From assembly GCA_964443975.1 (NCBI GenBank), contig CAYUFS010000024.1, forward strand, positions 4,450-68,449: a stretch of DNA of 64,000 nt, written 5' to 3'. This DNA is from an uncultured Myxococcales bacterium (GTDB lineage Bacteria; Myxococcota_A; Polyangia; Fen-1088). This document shows positions 29,582 through 39,311 of this stretch, piece after piece. How positions within the stretch are numbered: position 1 is the stretch's first letter; every line of letters begins with the position of its first letter. The translations under genes and the position numbers were made by a program. The notes beneath the pieces were generated by a model that was given only the letters and a program-made list of their open reading frames with translations, did not search any database and was not told the origin of the DNA.

Positions 29582-31030
29582 ATGCTTCGCCGCATGGCGA
29601 TCGGCGAGGCCGCCCCCGACAAGGACAAGACCGACTCCGACGACGGCGCGACGGCTGGCCCCCCGCGCGGCAGCGGTGGCGGCGGCTGGCGTCGCCCGGC
29701 GCACCCGGCGCGCCCACCTTGGCGTGATTTCCTTCGCGTGCACAAGGTGTTCAGCGCGAGCGTGCTCGACGGGTTGACGTTCATTCACCGCGAGTACGGC
29801 GCATTCGTGCGCACGCGCTTGCCGCTGCAGCTCTACTTCGTCGCGGATCCTGCGTGCATCGAGGAGATCCTGGTCAAGAAGGCCGAGTGTTTCCGCAAGG
29901 ACCGCACCAGCCGGCTGCTCTCGCGCGTGGTCGGAAATGGTCTTCTGGTCAACGAGGGCGAGTCGTGGCGCCGCCAGCGTCGCCTGCTGCAGCCCGCGTT
30001 CCACCATCGCCAGTTGCAGGCGTACGCGGGCGTCATGGTCGGCGCCATCGAACGGGCCTGCGCGACGTGGCAGCCCGGCCAGGTTCGCAACGTGCACGAG
30101 GACATGATGGGCGTGACGATGAACATCGTGGCAGAGGCGCTGTTCGGGGCGGACATGTCCGCCGACGCGGGGCACATCGGGCAGATCATCTCGGAGCTGA
30201 TGGAAGAGTTCGGGCGCATCCTGGGCCTGGCTGCCCGCTTTCAACCGCCGGCGTGGGTGCCGACCGTGGCGAACCGGCGACTGCGGGCGTCCGCGCGCAA
30301 GGTCGATGCGGTGATCCTCGGCATCATCGATGCGCGGCGCCGGCGGCAGGGCGGCGACCAACAGGACGACCTGTTGTCGTTGCTCATTCGCGCGCAGGAC
30401 GAGGACGGCGGTCGGATGACGGACGCGCAGGTGCGCGACGAGGCCGTGACCTTGTTCCTGGCCGGACATGAGACCACTGCCCTGGCCCTGACGTACGCGC
30501 TCTATCTGCTCGCGACGCATCCGGCGTCCCAGGCGCGTCTCGCCGACGAGCTCGACAGGGTCCTCGGCGGACGCGCGCCTGGGCTCGCCGACCTCGAGAG
30601 CCTCGAGTACACGGACGCCGTCGTTCAGGAATCGATGCGCCTCTACCCACCCGCTTGGGGAATGGCGCGGCAGGCCCTGACCGACGTCGAGATCGGGGGC
30701 TTCCGCTTTCGCAAGGGCGCGGAGTTCGTGATGTCGCCGTGGGTCTTGCACCACGATCCGAAGAGCTTCGACGCGCCCGAGGCCTTCCGGCCCGAGCGCT
30801 GGGAGAACGATCTCGCGCATCGATTGCCGCGGTTCGCGTACTTTCCTTTTGGCGGCGGCCCGCGCGTCTGCATCGGCAACCGCTTCGCGATGATGGAGGC
30901 AAAGCTGGTCCTCGCCGTCGCAATCCAGCGATTTCGTTTCGACACGACACCGGAGACCGAGCTGACCCTGTTCCCGAGCGTGACCCTTCGCCCGCGCCAC
31001 GGCGTTCGCCTGCGCCTCGCCGCGCGGTAG
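29582..31030 (+). CDS. cytochrome P450
   Basis: AGHETTA (I-helix), ESMRLYPP (ExxR), PERW, and FGGGPRVCIGNRFA (heme Cys ligand loop). Confidence 0.9.
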   Translation: MLRRMAIGEAAPDKDKTDSDDGATAGPPRGSGGGGWRRPAHPARPPWRDFLRVHKVFSASVLDGLTFIHREYGAFVRTRLPLQLYFVADPACIEEILVKKAECFRKDRTSRLLSRVVGNGLLVNEGESWRRQRRLLQPAFHHRQLQAYAGVMVGAIERACATWQPGQVRNVHEDMMGVTMNIVAEALFGADMSADAGHIGQIISELMEEFGRILGLAARFQPPAWVPTVANRRLRASARKVDAVILGIIDARRRRQGGDQQDDLLSLLIRAQDEDGGRMTDAQVRDEAVTLFLAGHETTALALTYALYLLATHPASQARLADELDRVLGGRAPGLADLESLEYTDAVVQESMRLYPPAWGMARQALTDVEIGGFRFRKGAEFVMSPWVLHHDPKSFDAPEAFRPERWENDLAHRLPRFAYFPFGGGPRVCIGNRFAMMEAKLVLAVAIQRFRFDTTPETELTLFPSVTLRPRHGVRLRLAAR

Positions 31031-31067
31031 CGAGGCGAGCGAGCGCGGGTTGTCCCGCCTGGGCGTC

Positions 31068-31454
31068 CTACCAGAGTCGTTGAATGGGGTAGGCCTCCAG
31101 CTCCGCGTCGTTCGACACGATGCCCAGCTTGTCGGTCATCGCCTGAGCGACGAGCAGCCGATCGAAGGGATCGCGATGGTGAAAAGCAAGGTGCGTCACG
31201 GCCACCGCGTGCTCGCGGCGAAAATCCAGCAGGGAAAAGCCATTGTTGACCGCCCCCTCCTCGATCAAGGTGTCGAGCGAGACCGCCAGCGCCAGCTTTC
31301 CGAGCGAGAGCTTGATGGCCATTTCCCACACGCTGGCCACGCTGAGGAAGCGATCGTTGGCCGTGTCCTCGATCCGACGGCGGGCGCGTGGCGGGAGCCG
31401 GGGATCGCCGGCGGCGAACCAAAGAAATGCGTGCGTGTCGAGGAGCAGCCGCAC
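31068..31454 (-). CDS. vapC: PIN-domain ribonuclease VapC (type II toxin)
   Basis: MRLLLDTHAFLW...NDRFLSVASVWEMAIK...HRDPFDRLLVAQA carries the PIN acidic residues. Immediately downstream of a small antitoxin gene. Confidence 0.85.
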   Translation of the reverse strand: MRLLLDTHAFLWFAAGDPRLPPRARRRIEDTANDRFLSVASVWEMAIKLSLGKLALAVSLDTLIEEGAVNNGFSLLDFRREHAVAVTHLAFHHRDPFDRLLVAQAMTDKLGIVSNDAELEAYPIQRLW

Positions 31455-31456
31455 GG

Positions 31457-31696
31457 TCAGCGGTAAGGCTCGAAGTCGTCCAGCGGGGCGTCGAAGTCGT
31501 CTCGCAGCACGATCTTCCCCGCCAGGAGACCGAAGCGTGGCTTGACCTTCGCGCTGTCGATGGCGGTCAACCGGACCGCGGGGATCCCGCGCCGCGCGAC
31601 GATCACCTCGTCGCCCCGCAAGGCGGCGTCGATGAGCTCCGGCAGGCGGGCCTTGGCGTCCGCGACGTTGATGGGCTTCATCTCATCCAATCGTGA
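31457..31696 (-). CDS. Phd/YefM-type antitoxin
   Basis: MKPINVADAKARLPELIDAALRGDEVIVARRGIPAVRLTAI matches the Phd/YefM fold. 3 nt upstream of vapC. Start uncertain (MSRLDEMKP or MKP). Confidence 0.75.
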   Translation of the reverse strand, partial: SRLDEMKPINVADAKARLPELIDAALRGDEVIVARRGIPAVRLTAIDSAKVKPRFGLLAGKIVLRDDFDAPLDDFEPYR

Positions 31697-31710
31697 CATG
31701 ACCATCACAG

Positions 31711-33141
31711 ATGGTCAACAAGCGCCGACGGGCCGGCGTCGGTGACGCGAGTCACCGTCCCGCTGGCTTCGCCGTGGCCGTGCTTTTCCCCCGAGCGCTA
31801 CGCGAAAGACCGGCTAATATCTCCGCCGGAAGGAGCCCCCCCATTCGCGCGCAGCTCATCTTCGCTCTCGTCGGGGTTTCATCGGGCGCGGCAGCGCTCG
31901 TGGGTTGCGGCGGCGGCGACGCTGGTCCCGGCTACGCCGACGCGGCCGTCTTGCCCGAGGGCGGCCGCGGCGGCAGCGCCGCGGGAGCCGCGGGCGGCCG
32001 CGGGGGCGTGTTCACACCCATCGTGCACGAGCCGATGCCGCAGGTCCTCGACTCCGGCGGTCCCGTGCTCGCGGCGCCGAAGGTGCAGCCCATCATGTAC
32101 GCGAGCGACACCGGCGCGAACGACATCGCCAGCTTCTTCCAGGAGCTGACCCAGACGACGTTCTGGAGCGAGACGACGTCGGAGTATGGCGTCGGCCCGC
32201 TCACCGTGCTGCCCGCGGTGACCTTGCCCGGGGTCGCCCCGAAGATGGTGTCGGACGCCGATCTGCAAGCGATGGTCGTCGCCAACACCTCGGGCGCGAG
32301 CCCCGCCTGGGGAGCGTCCGACGGGAGCACGATCTACACGTTCGTGCTTCCGGCCGGCACCGTTCAGAGCGACGGCAACGGCGCCTGCTGCACCGACTAC
32401 GGCGGCTATCACTCCGAGACCACCATGAGCGCGGTCCCGCTGCCTTATGTCGTGGCCTGCGCCTGCTCCGGCTTCGGCGGCGCGAGCAACGCCATCAACG
32501 ACCGGACCATCGCCATCGGTCACGAGCTGGTGGAGTCCGCCACCGACCCCTTTCCGAACAGCAACCCCGCGTACCTGTTCGTCGACGACGATCACGTGGT
32601 CTGGAAGGCCATCACCGGCGGCGAGCTGGCGGACATGTGCGTGCTCAACGAGGACGCGTTCTTCATTCCGCCCGGATCGAAGTACATGATCCAGCGCACG
32701 TGGTCGAACGCCGCCGCGCTCGCCTCCCAGGAGCCTTGCGTGCCTGCGCGAACGACCGCGCCGTACTTCAACACGTTCCCCGCGCTCGGCACCATCGTGT
32801 ACAACCCGGGCGGTGGCCACGCGTTCACCACCAAGGGGATCAACATTCCCCTCGGTGGCAGCCGGACCATCCCCCTCAATCTCTTCAGCGGGGCTCCGAC
32901 GGGCGGCACCTGGACCGTGCGGGTCTACGACAGCGCGTACTTGAAGACCGGCACCCCGAACCTGCTCCTGTCACTGGACAAGTTCACCGGCCAGAACGGC
33001 GACACCATCAACCTCACGATCTCGCCGCGAAGCTCGGACCCGCGCCTCGACGCCGAGGCGTTCGTCCTCTTCTCCGAGTTCGGCCAGCCCGGCACGCCCA
33101 CGTTCCAGAGCAGCACGATGATCGGCCTCGTCACGAACTGA
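31711..33141 (+). CDS. secreted lipoprotein, hypothetical (Gly-rich linker); start uncertain
   Basis: Signal-like ...IRAQLIFALVGVSSGAAALVGCGG is preceded by GGAAGGAG-N7-ATT. The first in-frame ATG is 45 codons upstream at 31711. Confidence 0.6.
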   Translation: MVNKRRRAGVGDASHRPAGFAVAVLFPRALRERPANISAGRSPPIRAQLIFALVGVSSGAAALVGCGGGDAGPGYADAAVLPEGGRGGSAAGAAGGRGGVFTPIVHEPMPQVLDSGGPVLAAPKVQPIMYASDTGANDIASFFQELTQTTFWSETTSEYGVGPLTVLPAVTLPGVAPKMVSDADLQAMVVANTSGASPAWGASDGSTIYTFVLPAGTVQSDGNGACCTDYGGYHSETTMSAVPLPYVVACACSGFGGASNAINDRTIAIGHELVESATDPFPNSNPAYLFVDDDHVVWKAITGGELADMCVLNEDAFFIPPGSKYMIQRTWSNAAALASQEPCVPARTTAPYFNTFPALGTIVYNPGGGHAFTTKGINIPLGGSRTIPLNLFSGAPTGGTWTVRVYDSAYLKTGTPNLLLSLDKFTGQNGDTINLTISPRSSDPRLDAEAFVLFSEFGQPGTPTFQSSTMIGLVTN

Positions 33142-33176
33142 CGCGGCTTCGCCGCCCCAGCGGCTATGCTCGGGCC

Positions 33177-33836
33177 GTGCTGTCCGACATCCTCGCGTTC
33201 ACGTTCTCGACGCTGACGACGCTGTTGCTGGTGGTCGACGCGCCGGCGGCGGTGCCGCTGTTCCTGTCGATGTCCGGGAACGACTCGCTCGAGCACAAGC
33301 GGCGCACGGCCTTCCGCGCCGCGCTGGCGGCCGGTGTGGTGCTGGCCTCGTTCGGCGCGCTCGGCGGGATCATTTTCCGCGTGCTCGGCATCTCGCTCGG
33401 CGCGTTCCGCATCGCGGGCGGGGTGCTGCTGTTTCTCCTCGCGGTGGACATGCTGCGCGCCCAGCGCTCGCGCCAGCGCACCTCGCCCGAGGAGGAGGCG
33501 GAGGGCGTGGACCGGCCCGACGTCTCGATCTTCCCGCTGGCGATCCCCATGCTGGCGGGCCCGGGCGCGACCTCGACGGTGATGGTGCTGGTGTCGCGCG
33601 CCGAGCGGGTCTGGCAATACGTGGTGGTGTTCGCCGCCATCGCGCTGACGGCGCTCACGTCGTACGTGTTCCTCCGCAGCGCTGTGTTGGTCGAACGGCG
33701 CCTCGGCCGCACCGGAATGAACGTGCTCCAGCGCGTGATGGGGCTGATCCTGGCCGCCACGGCCGTGCAATTCGTCGTCGAGGGCGTGTCCAACGTGCTG
33801 CCGACCGTGCTTCGGGAGCTGCCCAAGCGGGGCTGA
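33177..33836 (+). CDS. MarC family (UPF0056) membrane protein
   Basis: GTG start. LSDILAFTFSTLTTLLLVVDAPAAVPLFLSMSG and six TM helices are characteristic MarC. Confidence 0.75.
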   Translation: MLSDILAFTFSTLTTLLLVVDAPAAVPLFLSMSGNDSLEHKRRTAFRAALAAGVVLASFGALGGIIFRVLGISLGAFRIAGGVLLFLLAVDMLRAQRSRQRTSPEEEAEGVDRPDVSIFPLAIPMLAGPGATSTVMVLVSRAERVWQYVVVFAAIALTALTSYVFLRSAVLVERRLGRTGMNVLQRVMGLILAATAVQFVVEGVSNVLPTVLRELPKRG

Positions 33837-33892
33837 GCAAGGGCTGAGCGTGAGGCTTTGACGCCGCCGGTGGCGGTCACTATCGTCGCTTC

Positions 33893-34630
33893 ATGTCGAA
33901 CCCCGTGCCGTACGAGCTTTACTACTGGCCCGGTATCCAGGGTCGCGGCGAGCTGATCCGCCTGGCCTTCGAGGAGGCGGGCACGCCGTACGTCGACGTC
34001 GCGCGCCAGCCCGAAGCGCTGGGAGGTGGGGTCAAGGCGCTGATGCGCTTCATCAAGGGCGACGGGGCGGGCACGCTGCCGTTCGCGCCGCCGTTCCTGA
34101 AGGTCGGCGAGCTGGTGATCGCGCAGACCGCCAACATCCTCGCGTTCCTGGCGCCGCGCCTGGGCCTCGTGCCGGCCGACGAGCCGAGCCGCCTGCGCGC
34201 GAACCAGCTCATGCTGACCATCATGGATCTCCTCGTGGAGGTTCACGACGTGCACCATCCCATCGCGTCGAGCCTCTATTACGAGGATCAAAAGCAGGAG
34301 GCGCTCCGCAGGGCGCCGCTGTTTCTGGGCGAGCGCGTCCCGAAGTTCCTGGGGTACCTCGAAAGACTCTTGGCCCGCGACGGACACCTTGTCTCCGACG
34401 CCGTCTCGTACGTCGACCTGGCGGCTTTCCAGGTCGTGGCGGGCCTGCGCTACGCGTTTCCGAAGGCGATGGCCGGCCTTGAGCCGCGCATTCCCCTCGT
34501 CAGCGCCCTGCACGCCCGCGTCGCGAGCCGCCCCAACGTGGCCGCCTACGTCGCCTCAGCGCGCCGCCTTCCCTTCAACGAGCACGGCCTCTTTCGCTCT
34601 TATCCAGAGCTCGACGTCGCGCCAGGATGA
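33893..34630 (+). CDS. glutathione S-transferase family protein
   Basis: [25 protein letters not shown]-terminal thioredoxin-like fold, then a helical C-terminal domain. Confidence 0.8.
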   Translation: MSNPVPYELYYWPGIQGRGELIRLAFEEAGTPYVDVARQPEALGGGVKALMRFIKGDGAGTLPFAPPFLKVGELVIAQTANILAFLAPRLGLVPADEPSRLRANQLMLTIMDLLVEVHDVHHPIASSLYYEDQKQEALRRAPLFLGERVPKFLGYLERLLARDGHLVSDAVSYVDLAAFQVVAGLRYAFPKAMAGLEPRIPLVSALHARVASRPNVAAYVASARRLPFNEHGLFRSYPELDVAPG

Positions 34631-35490
34631 CGACCCCGGGAAGACGGAGCGTGCGCCTGCCTGGCCCATCGCTCGCGGAGCTGCGGCAAACCTACGTCGA
34701 GGGCGGCCGCCCCCTCCCCGCCGACCTCGAGGCGATTCTGCGCGCCGACGGGCGTCCGGGCGCGCGCGCGATCGTGGAAGCGGTCGCGCGCCGCAGGCGC
34801 GCCAACCGCGCCGAGGGGCAACGCCTGCGCACCATGCTGCGCTTCGAGACCGCGCTGTGGGCCGGTGGGACCGTGTTCATCGCGGGGGTCGACGAGGCGG
34901 GGATGAGCCCGCTCGCGGGACCGGTGGCCGCGGCGGCGGTGATCTTTCCGCGGGGCGCGCGCCTCCCCGGCGTGGACGACTCGAAGAAGCTGGATCCGCG
35001 CGAGCGCGAGCGCCTGGCGCCGATCATTCGCGAGGCCGCCGTCGCGTGCTCCGTCGCCTTCGCCGAGGTGGAGGAGATCGATCGCCTCAACATATTCTGG
35101 GCGGGGTTGCTCGCCATGCGGCGGGCCGTGGCTGGCCTGGCGACGATCCCCGAGCACGTCCTCGTCGACGGCCGGCGCCTTCGCGGCCTGGCCATCCCGC
35201 AGCAGCCGATCGTCAAAGGCGACGCGAAGAGCCTGTCCATCGCCGCCGCCTCCATCCTGGCCAAGACGGCGCGCGACGCGCGCATGACGGAGCTCGACGG
35301 AACCTATCCCGGGTACGGCTTCGCTCAGCACAAGGGATACCCGGTGCGCGCGCACGTCGAGGTGTTGCGCAAGCTCGGCGCCTGTCCCATTCACCGGCGT
35401 TCGTTCGCGCCCGTGCGCGAAACGCTCGGGCTGCCTCCGCTGCCGCCGTGGCCCGCCCCCGACGACACCCGCGCCGATCCCGGGCAGTAG
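34627..35490 (+). CDS. rnhB: ribonuclease HII
   Basis: [43 protein letters not shown] and [12 protein letters not shown] motifs. Overlaps the GST stop by 4 nt. Confidence 0.9.
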   Translation: MTTPGRRSVRLPGPSLAELRQTYVEGGRPLPADLEAILRADGRPGARAIVEAVARRRRANRAEGQRLRTMLRFETALWAGGTVFIAGVDEAGMSPLAGPVAAAAVIFPRGARLPGVDDSKKLDPRERERLAPIIREAAVACSVAFAEVEEIDRLNIFWAGLLAMRRAVAGLATIPEHVLVDGRRLRGLAIPQQPIVKGDAKSLSIAAASILAKTARDARMTELDGTYPGYGFAQHKGYPVRAHVEVLRKLGACPIHRRSFAPVRETLGLPPLPPWPAPDDTRADPGQ

Positions 35491-35534
35491 CTTTGGCCAT
35501 TGCCTCCAAGCCCGATCGTGACCAAGTCAGGGAG

Positions 35535-35846
35535 ATGTCGATCTGGAAGAGCGGCCTCCTGGGGTTGATGCTCGCGTTTGGCGCCGTGCCCGCGGCGAGC
35601 GCGGCGGTGGTGATCATTCACAGCGGCGCCCGAGATGCGCCGCCTCCGCCCGTGGAGGAGCACTACGGCCCCCGGCGCGGCTATGTGTGGGTTGGTGGCC
35701 ATCACCGCTGGGACCATCGTCACTACGTGTGGAGCCGCGGGCGCTACTACCGCGAGCGTCGCGGTTACGAGTACGTGCCCGGGCGGTGGGAGCGCCACGA
35801 AGACCACTACGACTGGCATGGCGGGGAGTGGCACCCGCACCGCTGA
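35535..35846 (+). CDS. small secreted His/Trp/Arg-rich protein with YxWxGG-like repeats
   Basis: AGGGAG RBS. Signal MSIWKSGLLGLMLAFGAVPAASAA. Mature part is RGYVWVGGHHRWDHRHYVWSRGRYY...YEYVPGRWERHEDHYDWHGGEWHPHR. Confidence 0.6.
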   Translation: MSIWKSGLLGLMLAFGAVPAASAAVVIIHSGARDAPPPPVEEHYGPRRGYVWVGGHHRWDHRHYVWSRGRYYRERRGYEYVPGRWERHEDHYDWHGGEWHPHR

Positions 35847-35879
35847 CGCCGCGTTGGCCCCTTGCGGCGGCGAAGCCGC

Positions 35880-36941
35880 TCACGGAACGGCGCCCACGGC
35901 CTTCAACAACGCGTCCACCGCGCCGAGCTCGAGCGTCCAGTGGGGCGCCCAGGCCCTGCCGACCTCATCTGGCCAGCGGTGCGGAGGTCTCGGGATCGCC
36001 AGGTCCAGCTTGAAGCGGTTCGGGAATTCGAGGCGCAGGCCGGAGTTGTTCCGGCGGTCGCCCCGACCGAGCAACGCGTAGTGGAATCGCGTGGCGCGGA
36101 TCGCGGACAGCGGCGCCTGTGCCACGACGTTGCCCGAGCGCGTCTCCACGAGCGTCAGGTCGCCGGGGCCGAGCATGGCGCGCAGGAGGCGCGGTGGCCG
36201 CTGCAACCTAAAGACGGCGATCAGGATCCCGAGGCACGCGGCAAACTCGGTCGCGGGCGGCAGGATGAGCGGCCCGACCTCCGTGGCCGTGATCAACGGG
36301 CCCAGGATCACGCCCGTCACGGCCAGGACCGCGATCGCGAGGAGCCACCGCAGCAGCGTGGCGAGCGAGAAGCGACCGTCGCCTCGATACGGCGAGACGT
36401 CGAAGCGGACGCCGTCGGGCAACGGCGCGACCGAGGCGGGCTTCAACGCGGCGAGCAGCTCCTCGAAGTCGAGGGGGTTGAGGCTGGCGTCGATCTTCGT
36501 CGGTGTCGCGACGGAGACCGTGTCGACCCGCGCGCGGCGGGGCGCGCCGCGCGCGCGGAGGACGAATTCCTGTCCGGGTCCGCGGATGCGAAGTCGAACG
36601 CTGGTCCGACGCCACCGAGTTTCGACCGCGACGCTCACCGTCGCCTCCGCGCGCCGGATGCGCCGGTCGCCGATGCGCAGGTCCCCAGCCGACACGGAGA
36701 TGCGCACCTTTCGAAGCAGGAACACGAGCAGCAGCAACATCGCGACGATTTGCAGGAAGAAGCCCACCTGGATGCAGACCTCCGCCTCTGGCGGGAAGGG
36801 CGGCGGGCCGCTCGTGTCTTGCAGTCCCGTCACCTGCAGAAACACCGACGCCGCCTGGACGATCACCACGGCCGCGATGCGCAGCCACCCCCAGCGAGGG
36901 CGCCCCACCCAGGTCGTCGAAGCGGTCTCGGCCGGCTGCAT
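35880..36941 (-). CDS. integral membrane protein, hypothetical
   Basis: Balanced composition with several hydrophobic helices (IAAVVIVQAASVFLQV, FLQIVAMLLLLVFLL, LLAIAVLAVTGVILGPLI). The opposite-strand frame is Arg-rich. Confidence 0.55.
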   Translation of the reverse strand: MQPAETASTTWVGRPRWGWLRIAAVVIVQAASVFLQVTGLQDTSGPPPFPPEAEVCIQVGFFLQIVAMLLLLVFLLRKVRISVSAGDLRIGDRRIRRAEATVSVAVETRWRRTSVRLRIRGPGQEFVLRARGAPRRARVDTVSVATPTKIDASLNPLDFEELLAALKPASVAPLPDGVRFDVSPYRGDGRFSLATLLRWLLAIAVLAVTGVILGPLITATEVGPLILPPATEFAACLGILIAVFRLQRPPRLLRAMLGPGDLTLVETRSGNVVAQAPLSAIRATRFHYALLGRGDRRNNSGLRLEFPNRFKLDLAIPRPPHRWPDEVGRAWAPHWTLELGAVDALLKAVGAVP

Positions 36942-37087
36942 CACGCCCGCGAGGCCAGCACGCACATCCGACCGATCGTCCCGATCATTGAACAAGGAGA
37001 AGCACCCCACACCGTTCGAGAGTTCACTCCCACAGGGTACGACGAGCGGACGATGCTTGGGAAGCGCCCGGCTGCTAGAACAGCGTC

Positions 37088-37687
37088 ATGAAGAAGCTGC
37101 TTCCGATCGGATTGCTGGGGCTGGCGGTGATCCTTGTGGTGTCCGTCGTCAGCGGATACAACACGCTGGTGCGCCTCGATCAGGGGGTCCGCGCGCAATG
37201 GGGCCAGGTCGAGAACGTCTACCAGCGGCGCGCCGATCTCGTGCCGAACCTGGTCGAGACCGTGAAGGGCGCGGCGGCGTTCGAGAAGGAGACGTACACC
37301 GCCGTGGCCGAGGCGCGCTCGCGTGTCGGTCAGGTCTCGGCGGCCGGGCTCCAGAACGTCGTCAACGATCCGGCGGCCTTCCAGCGCTTCCAGCAGGCGC
37401 AGGACGGGTTGTCGTCGGCGCTGTCGCGCCTGATGGTCGTCAGCGAAAAATACCCGGACCTGAAGGCGACGGGCGCGTTCCGCGATCTGCAGGCGCAGCT
37501 CGAAGGCACCGAGAATCGCATCGCGGTCGAGCGCATGCGCTTCAACGAGGCGGCGCAGGAATTCAACACGCGCCGGCAGACGTTCCCCACGGTGCTGGTG
37601 GTCGGGTTCTTCGGCGGTCGCTTCGCCGAGAAGGCCTACTTCGCGGCGCAACCCGGGTCCGAGGTCGCGCCGAAGGTGAAGTTCTGA
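37088..37687 (+). CDS. lemA: LemA family protein
   Basis: N-terminal TM helix. GYNTLVRLDQGVRAQWGQVENVYQRRADLVPNLVETVKG... is the LemA signature. Confidence 0.9.
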   Translation: MKKLLPIGLLGLAVILVVSVVSGYNTLVRLDQGVRAQWGQVENVYQRRADLVPNLVETVKGAAAFEKETYTAVAEARSRVGQVSAAGLQNVVNDPAAFQRFQQAQDGLSSALSRLMVVSEKYPDLKATGAFRDLQAQLEGTENRIAVERMRFNEAAQEFNTRRQTFPTVLVVGFFGGRFAEKAYFAAQPGSEVAPKVKF

Positions 37688-38481
37688 CGCACGCGCCGCG
37701 GACCGCCGCGAGCGGCCGCCGGCGGCGCGCCGCCGCCCTGCTGCTGGCGGTGGCGCTGGGCGCGCCGGCCGCGCTCGCGGGCGCCCCCGCCGCGGTCCCG
37801 CCGGCGCCCGCCCAGTGGGTCACCGACGGCGCGGGGTTCCTGTCGGAGCCCGTACGCGCGGCGCTCGACGCACGGCTCGGCCAGTACGAGCACGATTCGG
37901 GGCACCAGGTGCTGGTGTGGATCGGGCACACGACCGGCGGAGCGCCGATCGAGGACTGGGCCGTGCGGGCGTTCGCCGCGTGGAAGGTGGGCCGGCGTGG
38001 CCTCGACGACGGCGTCGTGCTGTTCATCATGGCCGACGACCGCAAGCTGCGCATCGAGGTCGGTTATGGGCTGGAGGCCAAGCTCACCGACCTGCAGGCC
38101 GCGACGATCATTCGTGACGTGGTGGTGCCGCGGATCCGCGCCGGCGATCGCGACGGCGCCACCCGCGCCGGCGTCGAGGCCATGCTGGCGGCGCTTGGTG
38201 GGGCGGGTGCCGCGGAGGGGGTGCCGGTCGCGGATCAAGAGGCCCCGCCGCGACCCCAGCTCGGCTGGGGCACGATCTTGCTCCTCGGGCTGCTGGGCGT
38301 CGGCATCTTGATCTTCGTCGCGACGCACCCCGCGGCGGCGGTGTTCTTCCTGACCACGCTCGCGTCCAACCGGGGCCGGGGAGGCGGCTGGGGTGGAGGC
38401 GGATTCTCCGGCGGCGGTGGCGGCGGCTTCTCGGGCGGAGGCGGCCGCTCGGGCGGCGGCGGCGCGTCGGGATCATGGTGA
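37684..38481 (+). CDS. TPM-domain (YgcG-like) membrane protein with a Gly-rich C-terminal tail; start codon unresolved
   Basis: Signal RRRAAALLLAVALGAPAALAGAP, TPM core (VTDGAGFLSEP...VLVWIGHTTGG...), C-terminal TM helix and a GGGWGGGGFSGGGG tail. No canonical start lies between the LemA stop and the signal peptide. Confidence 0.65.
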   Translation: MTHAPRTAASGRRRRAAALLLAVALGAPAALAGAPAAVPPAPAQWVTDGAGFLSEPVRAALDARLGQYEHDSGHQVLVWIGHTTGGAPIEDWAVRAFAAWKVGRRGLDDGVVLFIMADDRKLRIEVGYGLEAKLTDLQAATIIRDVVVPRIRAGDRDGATRAGVEAMLAALGGAGAAEGVPVADQEAPPRPQLGWGTILLLGLLGVGILIFVATHPAAAVFFLTTLASNRGRGGGWGGGGFSGGGGGGFSGGGGRSGGGGASGSW

Positions 38482-38930
38482 TGACCCGACGCGGTTTCCT
38501 GCGGCGCCTCGACGTGCCCGCCATCGAGGCGGCCGTTCGTGGCGCCGAGCAGCGCACTTCGGGCGAGATCCGGGTGTCGATCGCCGGGGTGTTCTGGGGC
38601 ACCTCACGGCGGATGGCCGAGCGCGCATTTCAACGGCTGGGCATGCACGCGACCCGGCGCCGCAACGGGGTGCTGATCCTGGTGGCGCCGTCCCGTCGCA
38701 CGCTGAGCATCCTCGGCGACGAGGGCATTCACGCGCACGTCGGCGACTCCTTCTGGGCGAGCGTCAGCGACGCGGCCAGCGCCAGGCTGCGCGCAGGCGA
38801 CTTCACCGCTGGGCTGGTCGAGGCGGTCGAGGCCGTCGGCGCCGCGCTGGCCCGCCATTTCCCCCCCGAGCCGACCGGCGACGTCGACGAGCTCCCCGAC
38901 ACGGTGGACCTCGGCCGGCGACCCGACTGA
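38475..38930 (+). CDS. TPM domain-containing protein (second, soluble partner)
   Basis: AIEAAVRGAEQRTSGEIRVSIAG...RRNGVLILVAPSRRTLSILGDEGIHAHVGDSFW. Overlaps the previous gene by 7 nt. Classic LemA-TPM-TPM triad. Confidence 0.8.
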   Translation: MVMTRRGFLRRLDVPAIEAAVRGAEQRTSGEIRVSIAGVFWGTSRRMAERAFQRLGMHATRRRNGVLILVAPSRRTLSILGDEGIHAHVGDSFWASVSDAASARLRAGDFTAGLVEAVEAVGAALARHFPPEPTGDVDELPDTVDLGRRPD

Positions 38931-39010
38931 AATGCCCGGCCTCTGGCTTCGGACTTCCCCTCCCGCCAGCGCGGGTTGTATCTCTAAGAGCGATACGCTA
39001 TTCTGTCGTC

Positions 39011-39307
39011 ATGGCTCGAGCACCGGCCCGTAGCGACAAGCTTCGCGACGAGAGCCTTCTGGTCAGGGTCGATCGACGCTCCAAGGCACTGTTGCGCAAG
39101 GCGGCGGCGGCGAGGGGGCTCAGCGTCAGCGACTATGTGCGTAGCCGCGTGGTGCCGTTGGCGCGGCAGGATCTGGTCGAGGCCGACACCGGCGTCCTGA
39201 AGCTCTCGCGGGACGATCAAATTGCCCTGTGGCTCGCGCTCCAGAACCCGCCACCCCCGACCGCCGCGCAGCGCGGGCTCGGGAAGCTGATCCGGTCGGT
39301 TCGTTGA
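39011..39307 (+). CDS. DUF1778-family antitoxin (TacA/KacA-like)
   Basis: 99-aa RHH-like protein (LLVRVDRRSKALLRKAAAARGLSVSDYVRSRVV) immediately upstream of a GNAT gene. Confidence 0.75.
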   Translation: MARAPARSDKLRDESLLVRVDRRSKALLRKAAAARGLSVSDYVRSRVVPLARQDLVEADTGVLKLSRDDQIALWLALQNPPPPTAAQRGLGKLIRSVR

Positions 39308-39311
39308 GCCG

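Noticed and set aside
36091-37683. N-terminal 530 aa of the 796-aa ORF that ends in the TPM domain
   Set aside because: Only the last about 265 aa form a coherent TPM protein with a signal peptide. The upstream part is Arg/Ser-rich, overlaps lemA in another frame, and overlaps the minus-strand membrane protein.
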